Origin: Candidatus Methanofastidiosum methylothiophilum
GTDB lineage: Archaea > Methanobacteriota_B > Thermococci > Methanofastidiosales > Methanofastidiosaceae
Assembly: GCA_001587675.1 (NCBI GenBank)
Contig: LNGD01000001.1
Span: forward strand, 1-52,116
Length of the DNA: 52,116 bases
Direction: 5' to 3'
In this document: positions 35,390 through 42,749 of the stretch, one piece after another
Numbering within the stretch: the first letter of the stretch is position 1
Layout: each line of letters opens with the position of its first letter
Translations under genes and position numbers: made by a program
Notes under the pieces: model-generated
Told to the model about the DNA's origin: nothing
What the model saw: the letters and a program-made list of their open reading frames with translations, nothing else
Databases searched by the model: none

Positions 35390-35437
35390 ATATCATATTA
35401 TGATATATCAAAAAAAGATATCTTATATATAAATTTT
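35390..35437 (-). promoter_or_regulatory. Candidate padR promoter with palindromic operators
   Basis: A perfect 8-1-8 palindrome ATATCATA-T-TATGATAT lies at 35390-35406, and the 10-nt palindrome AAGATATCTT at 35415-35424. A TATA-like TTATATATAAATTTT lies at 35423-35437. All of these are within 60 nt upstream of the padR ATG (35377). Confidence 0.4.
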
Positions 35438-35445
35438 ATGATTAA

Positions 35446-36741
35446 TTAACCTACTATTTTCTCCCATTTTTTAAGTTTAAGCACTTTTGATAGGGTTGAC
35501 CCTCTTTTTATTTCTTCCCTGATTCTATTTTCTTTTTCCTTGACATCAAGGCTTCTATTGATTATCTCTTGAGCTTCTTCTTGTGGAATTACAACAACTC
35601 CACTATCGTCACCTATTATATAATCACCAGTATTGACTTTTAGCCCTCCACAGATGATTTCACATCCTATTTCTCCAAAACCTTTTGGGTCTCCTGCATC
35701 TGGAACTTCATACCTAGAGAATACTGGAAAACGTATTTCTTTAAGATCGTCTATATCTCTAACGGCACCATCTATAACAATGCCACCAAGACCTCTCATA
35801 ACTGCACTCCATGTTGCAAGTTCCCCCCACACTGCAATGTTTCCACCGTTTGTATCTACTACTAATATATCCCCTTTGTTGGCTAGATCTATTGCTTCTA
35901 CAACTTTAGCCCAATCTCCATTCATGCTTTTCACGGTAAAGGCTTTACCTGCCATCTTAAGGCCAGGAATAACTGAGTGTATGCCCTTCATAGCCCCTCC
36001 TCTGTGCATAGCATCAGAAACATTAGAAGATGAGACTTTTTTCAAGGCATCAATCAATTCATCTTTTTTATATTTTCGGAATTCTAAACTTTCAATTGGT
36101 TTTGAAAGGTCAATACTTTGTCTAATTCTTTTAGTGGCTTCTAAGAGATTGGCAGCTTTAGTGATTGCGCCGCCGACAATTACTATATCTGCACCAGCGG
36201 ATACTACTTCAGGGGCATTTTCAGAATTTAATCCACCTGCAGTAGCTATAGTAATATTTACGGCTTCTTTTACGTCTTTAATATCTTGTAATGGATTTTC
36301 ACCTTTCATTTGTTGGTCAATACCTACATGAATACATACGTACTTTGCACCCATTTTTTGGACTTCCGCAGCTCTTCCAACTTTGTCTTTTACATTTATT
36401 AGATCAACCATAATTTCAGAATTGTATTTTTTTGCCGCCTTAATAGCTTCCTTTATGGTGCTGTCATCTGAAGCTCCTAAAATTGAAATAATATCTGCAC
36501 CAGCCTTTGAAGCCATTTCAGTTTCAAAATCGCCGGTATCCATTGTTTTCATATCTGCAACTATTTTTTTTCCAGGAAAAGTCTTTTTTAGTTCTCTAAT
36601 AGCTTCCATGCCCTCACTCTTGATGAGAGGGGTTCCAGCTTCAATCCAATCTATTCCACCCTCAACAGATTCTTTTGCAATTGATATAGCTCGATCAAGA
36701 TTTAACATGTCTAATGCAAGTTGAAGAATTATTTTGTTAAT
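35446..36741 (-). CDS. Bifunctional 3-hexulose-6-phosphate synthase (OMPDC-fold) / RraA-like class II aldolase-family fusion
   Basis: The N-terminal half has ...LQLALD..., GGIDWIEAGTPLIK, VADMKTMDTG and IVIVGGAITKA (HPS/KGPDC pattern). The C-terminal half has GDILVVDTNGGNIAVWGELATWSAVMRGLGGIVIDGAVRD...GDDSGVVVIP (RraA family). I extended the start to ATT 36741 (see finding); the first ATG is 36708. Confidence 0.8.
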   Translation of the reverse strand: MNKIILQLALDMLNLDRAISIAKESVEGGIDWIEAGTPLIKSEGMEAIRELKKTFPGKKIVADMKTMDTGDFETEMASKAGADIISILGASDDSTIKEAIKAAKKYNSEIMVDLINVKDKVGRAAEVQKMGAKYVCIHVGIDQQMKGENPLQDIKDVKEAVNITIATAGGLNSENAPEVVSAGADIVIVGGAITKAANLLEATKRIRQSIDLSKPIESLEFRKYKKDELIDALKKVSSSNVSDAMHRGGAMKGIHSVIPGLKMAGKAFTVKSMNGDWAKVVEAIDLANKGDILVVDTNGGNIAVWGELATWSAVMRGLGGIVIDGAVRDIDDLKEIRFPVFSRYEVPDAGDPKGFGEIGCEIICGGLKVNTGDYIIGDDSGVVVIPQEEAQEIINRSLDVKEKENRIREEIKRGSTLSKVLKLKKWEKIVG

Positions 36742-37503
36742 TCAATCACCCTTAATTAGTTTATTTTCACTATAAAGAAGATTTTCTCTCATAATTCTAA
36801 TCGACTCTCTTAAATTCTCCTTATTATCAAATACTAATTCTTTTTTTTTATTGCTGCTCTTAAAGATTTTTATTTCTTCAATTAATCTAGGAAGAACTCT
36901 TTTAACATTGTCCACAATTGTAATGTCAGAATATAACGAAGTTCTCGAAATTGGATTTAAATCAATAGAAATTACCTTTTTACCCATATTTTTTAGTGCA
37001 ATTGTCCTATCGCCATCTTCTAAAGGTACAAGTACTACATCTGCTGTAAATATTCCTTCTCGTGAAACTTTTCCTCTCATAGAATTTAGTCCTGGGATAT
37101 ATTCGCTCGCATTTTCTCCAACACCCAAAACATTCTTGGCGCCTTTACTTTGCAATTTTTCTTTTATCTTGAGTTCTCTTTCTAATGTTCTATAAAATAA
37201 ATTGATTTCAATTTTTAAAGGTACTAATTCTGATAATTCAACTATCTCATCTGGAACAAGACATGCTACATTTCCATTAACGGATACAACGGGATTCTTT
37301 GCATGACATAATAATATTGCAGCCGCCTTAATGGCTCTTTGAGCAGTTTCAGTTGTCTTTTCACCTAAAAAATAATCAAAAGCCTCTCCTCTGCCATGTG
37401 CAGCCATACCAACTTCGGCTATTATTCCCTCTTTTAGGCAGGTCTTTACTTGCTCTCTCATTATTAGAGATTCATAACGAGGGTGAGTTTTTGGTATATC
37501 CAT
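36742..37503 (-). CDS. Phosphopantothenate synthetase (4-phosphopantoate--beta-alanine ligase, COG1701)
   Basis: HPRYESLIMRE...GMAAHGRGEAFDYFLGEKT...NPVVSVNGNVACL is the archaeal PPS signature. GGTGTT-TAA-ATG start. Confidence 0.85.
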   Translation of the reverse strand: MDIPKTHPRYESLIMREQVKTCLKEGIIAEVGMAAHGRGEAFDYFLGEKTTETAQRAIKAAAILLCHAKNPVVSVNGNVACLVPDEIVELSELVPLKIEINLFYRTLERELKIKEKLQSKGAKNVLGVGENASEYIPGLNSMRGKVSREGIFTADVVLVPLEDGDRTIALKNMGKKVISIDLNPISRTSLYSDITIVDNVKRVLPRLIEEIKIFKSSNKKKELVFDNKENLRESIRIMRENLLYSENKLIKGD

Positions 37504-37511
37504 TTAAACAC

Positions 37512-38402
37512 CTATAATAAAGAATTTGCTATAGATGAGATAATTACTTCTCCTTTAATATCCTTTAATGTATTTAAAACCTTCACTTTATCCTTATCAT
37601 TAACAAAGGTGAATACTCCATCACCAATCATAATTCCTGAAGCGTTGTAGGTATTTACTTCACTTATAATATCGGTTATATCTAGAACTTGTTTGGACAT
37701 AATTTCTGTTTTGTAAGTGAATTCTCTCGAACATTCCATTAATTTTTCAACAGTTTGTTCTTCAATTAAATTATTTAATAACTTACTTCCATATTCTTCA
37801 ATAATCTTCAATTTTTCAGGATTATTAAGTATATTCTCTGTTTTCTTACTACCTAGACTTAAAGCCAAAACCTCTAATTTTTCTTTTAATTCAATATTCT
37901 TTAATAAGCCTGATATACCTGGAGTTCTTCTAATCTCCACTCCTCCCTTTACTATTGCTACAACGTCTCCAAGTCCACTTAGACTTATTACTTCAGTTTC
38001 ATGGGCGATTTTGATACATTCTTCTGGAGTAATTGGAATTAGATCTTTAACTGCAAAACAAATACCTAGTGCTGCTGCTGCAGAGGCCCCAAATCCAGCT
38101 TCAATTGGGACGTGGCATTCATGCTCAATTATGATCTCTTTATTTTTAAAATATCTTGGGTATCTACTATTCAAAATTTTAATACAATTCAAAGTAACTG
38201 GAACTTTATTGTTTGAAACTCTTTTGCCATTTAGAATAACATTGGTAGATTCTATACCCTCCTTTATTTTAATTTTTGTTCTCACGCCTTTTGAAAGAGA
38301 AACACCTGCGCCGGTGGATCCAGTTTTCAGAATATTTTTATTAAAAAATGGAACAAAAAACCCAGTTATGTGGGAAGGTACATAAAACTCTGAATTGTAC
38401 AT
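37512..38402 (-). CDS. Pantoate kinase (GHMP-kinase family, COG1829)
   Basis: VPSHITGFF N-terminal block and a GHMP motif EAGFGASAAAALG. It lies directly upstream of PPS, as in other archaea. Confidence 0.8.
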   Translation of the reverse strand: MYNSEFYVPSHITGFFVPFFNKNILKTGSTGAGVSLSKGVRTKIKIKEGIESTNVILNGKRVSNNKVPVTLNCIKILNSRYPRYFKNKEIIIEHECHVPIEAGFGASAAAALGICFAVKDLIPITPEECIKIAHETEVISLSGLGDVVAIVKGGVEIRRTPGISGLLKNIELKEKLEVLALSLGSKKTENILNNPEKLKIIEEYGSKLLNNLIEEQTVEKLMECSREFTYKTEIMSKQVLDITDIISEVNTYNASGIMIGDGVFTFVNDKDKVKVLNTLKDIKGEVIISSIANSLL

Positions 38403-38411
38403 GCAACGCCT

Positions 38412-38945
38412 TTAAATTTTATTTAAGTTATCAATAAACTTTTTGCATCTAATTCTATCAAGCTTATTGACTATTGGCATGAAAACAAGGTCTTCTTTTT
38501 TAACAGGCTTTCCTATTTCACTAAAGAAATTCACTATCCTTTCTTGATCTTTTATATCTAAAATTTTGGGGTTAAATACGCCACCGAGAACGTCTTCTAA
38601 GACTATGCTATCTTTTGGCAGATACTTTTTCAAAATATCAAGATTGTATTTTCCGCCCTTTTTTTTGTCTTCATATTCAATTTCTTCAATGTCATTGCAT
38701 ACTACAAAAATCGCAATTTTTTTATCTTTTAGTTTTTCTTTGAACTTATCTATAAATGAACGTATGCTCTCCAAAGGTTCATCGTCATAATCCGGGGAGC
38801 CTATAATTATTAGAGAGTAGTTGTCAATTGATAATACTTCATTAGGTTTTTTAACTTCAATATCTTTTACTTCTTCGGAAATCCATCTAGCAATTATCTC
38901 TGTAGAACCATATTTTGTATCATAAACTAGAAGTTTATTAATCAT
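38412..38945 (-). CDS. Flavodoxin-like fold protein
   Basis: MINKLLVYDTKYGSTEIIARWISEE followed by IIIGSP is the flavodoxin-type FMN-loop pattern. I set the start to ATG 38945 (GGTGAA-ACA-ATG) rather than the track start 39044. Confidence 0.6.
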   Translation of the reverse strand: MINKLLVYDTKYGSTEIIARWISEEVKDIEVKKPNEVLSIDNYSLIIIGSPDYDDEPLESIRSFIDKFKEKLKDKKIAIFVVCNDIEEIEYEDKKKGGKYNLDILKKYLPKDSIVLEDVLGGVFNPKILDIKDQERIVNFFSEIGKPVKKEDLVFMPIVNKLDRIRCKKFIDNLNKI

Positions 38946-38976
38946 TGTTTCACCTATTGATGTTACATAATAACAA

Positions 38977-38987
38977 TTTTTATAAAG
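38977..38987. promoter_or_regulatory. Near-palindromic TATA element in the 64-bp divergent region between the flavodoxin-PoK-PPS-HPS operon and coaBC
   Basis: TTTTTATAAAG is centred about 27 nt upstream of the coaBC ATG (39010), which fits a leaderless transcript, and about 35-40 nt upstream of the divergent ATG at 38945. Confidence 0.3.
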
Positions 38988-39009
38988 ATTTAGGCTATAT
39001 CCAAAGTCA

Positions 39010-40227
39010 ATGCACAGAAAATCAATTAAAGGAACTAAATCCAATAAGTTGCTCGGAAAAGGAATAGTATTGGGGATTACTGGAAGTATTGCAGCAGTTG
39101 AATCTGTGAAGCTTTCTAGAGAGCTTATGCGGCATGGTGCAGAAGTATATGCAGTAATGTCAGCCGACGCAAAAAAGATAATTCATCCCTATGCACTTGA
39201 ATTTGCTACCGGAAATCCTGTAGTTGACGAAATAACTGGAAAAATTGAACATGTTTACTATGCAGGAGATCATGATAAAAGATGTGATTTAATTTTGATA
39301 GCTCCTGCAACAGCAAATACAATATCAAAAATAGCTTCTGGAATTGATGACACCCCAGTTACAACAGTAGCGTCTACTGGATTTGGAAAAGTTTCTATGT
39401 TGATTGTTCCCGCTATGCATAGTTCAATGTATAAGAATCCTATTATACTTGAAAATATTGAAAAACTGAAAAAGTATGGTGTTCAGTTTCTTACTCCTAA
39501 ATTTGAAGAAAACAAAGCAAAACTGCCGGAAATAGATGATATTGTAAGAGCAGTAATAAAGACTCTTTCTAATAAGGATTTTCAAGGATTAAAAGTACTT
39601 GTAACAGCAGGACCTACAATTGAAAAAATTGATGATGTTCGCTTTATTACAAATAAGAGTACTGGGCTTATGGGTATAAAAATAGCCGAGGAATTCGACA
39701 TTAGAGGTGCAGACGTTACTTTAATTCTAGGCCATACACAGTTAAAATCTCATGTAAAAACTATAAAGGCCGAAACATTTTTAGATATGCACAAAGCAGT
39801 TATGGCTAATAAAGATGTAGACATTGCTATCTTTGCAGCTGCTACTTCAGATTTTCATGTTGAGTCTTCTTGTGAGGGTAAAATATCTTCAGATAAATCC
39901 TTTAATATTAATCTAGTTCCAAACAAGAAAATAATAGAAGAATTTTCTAAAGTATCAAAAGCTTTTATTGTAGGATTTAAAGCAGAATACTCTTTACCAG
40001 AAGAAGAGCTTATTAGAAGAGCATACGAAAGACTTCAAAGTTCTGAAATGGATTTAATAATTGCAAACGATGTTGGAAAAGAAATGAGGGGATTTGAATC
40101 CATAACTAATGAAGTATATGTAATTGATAAAAATCAAAAAATTTACCACTTACCTCTTGATGAAAAGGAGAAACTTTCTGAAAAAATTGTAAATATAATA
40201 AAAAAATATTTTAATGAAAAAAAGTAA
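39010..40227 (+). CDS. coaBC: Bifunctional phosphopantothenoylcysteine decarboxylase / phosphopantothenate-cysteine ligase
   Basis: GITGSIAAVE and PATANTISKIASGIDD belong to the flavoprotein decarboxylase half. VTAGPTIEKIDDVRFITNKSTGLMG belongs to the CoaB half. Confidence 0.9.
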   Translation: MHRKSIKGTKSNKLLGKGIVLGITGSIAAVESVKLSRELMRHGAEVYAVMSADAKKIIHPYALEFATGNPVVDEITGKIEHVYYAGDHDKRCDLILIAPATANTISKIASGIDDTPVTTVASTGFGKVSMLIVPAMHSSMYKNPIILENIEKLKKYGVQFLTPKFEENKAKLPEIDDIVRAVIKTLSNKDFQGLKVLVTAGPTIEKIDDVRFITNKSTGLMGIKIAEEFDIRGADVTLILGHTQLKSHVKTIKAETFLDMHKAVMANKDVDIAIFAAATSDFHVESSCEGKISSDKSFNINLVPNKKIIEEFSKVSKAFIVGFKAEYSLPEEELIRRAYERLQSSEMDLIIANDVGKEMRGFESITNEVYVIDKNQKIYHLPLDEKEKLSEKIVNIIKKYFNEKK

Positions 40228-40228
40228 T

Positions 40229-41167
40229 CTATTTCTTAATCTGACTTTCAGCAACTGTACCTTGTTCTAAGATTTCTACTTGGAAAGGTTTACAACCCTT
40301 ACCTTCTTTTTCACTGATGTAGCATGAGAAGTCAAGTTCAACAAAATCTATCACTTCATCTAGTTTTATGTAGTATCTTGAAAGTGTACCAATCTTTTCT
40401 CTGTATGGGTCAACTGGAATCCATTTTCCGTTAATGTAAATCTCTGTCCATGCATAAGGTTTCCATACTCCACCCTCTTCAATATCGTAGTATAATCCAT
40501 ATACTAGTTTAGTGGGCTCCATTAATGATCTCATAAGAGCTGCGTATAACGTAGCATAGGGACCATATCCCATTGCTTTATGTGATTCTGCACTTATAGT
40601 GTAAGAAGCAGGTTGCAGCCACCAGTACTGGTAACCCTGTTTTAAGTATGGACTTTCGTCAACTACAATTACTTGTTTCTGGTCCTTCATAATCAAGTAA
40701 GCTGTGCCTACAATACTGTAATTTGTGTCTTTAGCATATAACTTTGCAACTCTTTCTCTCATAAAAGCATCCCATTCAACTGTATCTGTCGGCAATACAT
40801 AAGGTACAACATTCTTTGGTAATTTCTTTAGTGTTGCATTAGCATCCTCTTCTGTTTGAATATAAGGCAATGTCGCATACTCATCTACAAAGTAATCTTC
40901 AGAATAAGTAGTAACTTCTGCTACTAGCTTAGTACCGTAATCCCTAATTATAATGACCTTTTGTCTTGATGAATTTAAATCTGAAATATCATATGGCTTT
41001 GATATCGTAATTTTTGTTTTTAAATAAGAAACTGTCTTTTCAGGCTGAGTTGTAGGCGTCGTATTGACATCTACTTTATTATCTTCTTTTTTCTGTGACA
41101 CACACCCTGAGAACATAGCAAAGGTAATTAAAAATATCAGGGCAAACACAATAGTAGCTTTTTTCAT
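40229..41167 (-). CDS. Lipobox-bearing secreted protein with a transglutaminase-like core lacking the catalytic Cys and His
   Basis: Signal peptide plus FSGC lipobox. GYGPYATLYAALMRSL...YAWTEIYINGKWIPVDP aligns by eye to the transglutaminase core (G-x-C-x-x-F-A ... H-A-W-x-E-x-Y ... W-x-x-x-D-P), with Cys and His substituted. ATG 41167 has GGTGAG-CCT-ATG geometry. Confidence 0.45.
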   Translation of the reverse strand: MKKATIVFALIFLITFAMFSGCVSQKKEDNKVDVNTTPTTQPEKTVSYLKTKITISKPYDISDLNSSRQKVIIIRDYGTKLVAEVTTYSEDYFVDEYATLPYIQTEEDANATLKKLPKNVVPYVLPTDTVEWDAFMRERVAKLYAKDTNYSIVGTAYLIMKDQKQVIVVDESPYLKQGYQYWWLQPASYTISAESHKAMGYGPYATLYAALMRSLMEPTKLVYGLYYDIEEGGVWKPYAWTEIYINGKWIPVDPYREKIGTLSRYYIKLDEVIDFVELDFSCYISEKEGKGCKPFQVEILEQGTVAESQIKK

Positions 41168-41221
41168 AGGCTCACCATCCTTCAAGAAATGGATACTTAA
41201 TAAATATCTTTCGGTGAAAAA

Positions 41222-42709
41222 TTATTCGTCAATTGCCTTAATAAGTTTACATTCAAGATGCTCTCTATGGATAGAGTTGTAGCTACAGAAAGGAATAATA
41301 GAGCCATCAGGGAGTGCATAGTGTATAGCGCATCTTTTTACTCTATCTAAATCAAAGTTAAAAGGATCCATAAAGTGCATTGTTCCTATAAAAATTGACT
41401 TTCTATGCAATTTTGCTAAAAATTCTTTTCCACCGCCGTTTAGAATGCCTTTTGTAATCTCTAATAGATTTAGATCTTTTGGCATTTTTTCTTTATCCAT
41501 ATAAGAATTCATATTTTTAATTATTTTTGCTATTTCTATTCCCTTTCTAATCTTGCCATTATTGGCCATATTTTCATTTCTTTCTTTAACATATTCAAAT
41601 AACCCTTCTACATCTACAAACCTGGTGATTGGGATCATTTTATTGTTTTCTAGAAATACATATGTTGCAACTCCACATTGGGGATGAACAGTAAAATGTG
41701 ACATACTATTTCCTTTCAATGACTCAATAAATTGAGATATAGGAACTACAAAAGGAATCGGATAAAAATCTTCTTTTCCAATTTCTCCATTTGTCTGCTG
41801 TTCAATTAATTTTACCAAGTCTGTAATAGTTATTCTATGACTATTAATCTCTTCTTTACTTGCGCGTCCAGAAAAAGATAGAGGCTGGAAATTAATCCCC
41901 CTTATAACATCAAAATTGTCCCTTCCGAAATAGATTATGTCTCCTATCTCATGGTCATTTATACCTTTTGAAACTGTAGGAACTAAAACCACACTAGTTT
42001 CTCCAAGCTCTCTTAGATTCTGTATTGCCTTTTTCTTTTCAGGTAAAGTATCGTATCCTCTGAATTTTTTGTAAGACTCGTAAGTTAATCCATCAAATTG
42101 CAGATAATAAGTATTTATTCCAGCTTTTATTATTTTATCTAAATAATCTCTTTCTTTGGAAAATCTTTTACCGTTTGTTGCTACTTGAATTTGAGAAAAT
42201 CCCATTTCTTTAGCTGAGCGTATTAAGTCAGGTAAATCCTCTCTCATCGTTGGCTCTCCTCCTGAGAACTGTATTGCAAATGGTGGATTTGGTTTTATTG
42301 AAGCCAATTTTTGGAGAAGATTTATTACTTCTTCATAACTGGGCTCATAGAGGTTCTTTGTAGCACCGGCACTGGCAAAGCATATGGGGCAATTCATGTT
42401 GCATCTATTTGTTAAATCAATATTTACAAAAATTGAAGGTGTTTTGTGGTCTTGACATAATCCACAATCGTAAGGACATCCTTTATTAATATCTTTTTTC
42501 ATTTCAAAGTGATTTTCTACTATATTGTCTAGGCTTTCAAGTCTATGGTAATATTCGGGGTCATCGGAAAGAATATCTGAAAAGAAGCCGTGGTCACTAC
42601 ATTCCTTCTCCATTATAATTTTTCCTTGATCTTCCTTGATATGGGCCTTTACTCTTTTTAGACATCTTGGGCATATGGATTCTGTCGTTCTTAAAATATT
42701 AGGAGACAC
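41222..42709 (-). CDS. Radical SAM protein with N-terminal Cys4-type knuckle and auxiliary cluster motif; tetraether-lipid-synthase (Tes/GDGT-MAS)-like
   Basis: CPRC...C-x-x-HG N-terminal motif, CPYDCGLC auxiliary motif, and a TNRCNMNCPICFA radical SAM motif. At about 495 aa, the architecture matches my recollection of the archaeal Tes/GDGT-MAS family (COG1964-type). GTG start with AAGGTG. Confidence 0.55.
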   Translation of the reverse strand: MSPNILRTTESICPRCLKRVKAHIKEDQGKIIMEKECSDHGFFSDILSDDPEYYHRLESLDNIVENHFEMKKDINKGCPYDCGLCQDHKTPSIFVNIDLTNRCNMNCPICFASAGATKNLYEPSYEEVINLLQKLASIKPNPPFAIQFSGGEPTMREDLPDLIRSAKEMGFSQIQVATNGKRFSKERDYLDKIIKAGINTYYLQFDGLTYESYKKFRGYDTLPEKKKAIQNLRELGETSVVLVPTVSKGINDHEIGDIIYFGRDNFDVIRGINFQPLSFSGRASKEEINSHRITITDLVKLIEQQTNGEIGKEDFYPIPFVVPISQFIESLKGNSMSHFTVHPQCGVATYVFLENNKMIPITRFVDVEGLFEYVKERNENMANNGKIRKGIEIAKIIKNMNSYMDKEKMPKDLNLLEITKGILNGGGKEFLAKLHRKSIFIGTMHFMDPFNFDLDRVKRCAIHYALPDGSIIPFCSYNSIHREHLECKLIKAIDE

Positions 42710-42749
42710 TAAAACACCTTATCTGTCAAAATAAAAATTATTTAAAACT

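Noticed and set aside
35633-36331. 232-aa plus-strand ORF. Similar cases are 36383-36724, 36851-37195, 37717-38385, 45934-46290 and 38566-38790.
   Set aside because: Each lies entirely antisense to a strongly supported gene (HPS-RraA, PPS, PoK, DUF126, flavodoxin-like). The translations are Ser/Pro/Ile/Phe-rich low-complexity strings with no motifs and no SD. These are shadow ORFs.
36739-36744. Possibility that the TGA at 36744-36742 is read through or recoded, making a PPS-HPS-RraA triple fusion. The two ORFs are in the same frame.
   Set aside because: TGA is clearly used as a stop elsewhere in the window (asd at 22599-22601, CMD paralog A, mntA). The GGTGAT-TGA-ATT arrangement matches the SD-start geometry of independent genes, so termination-reinitiation at ATT is the simpler reading.
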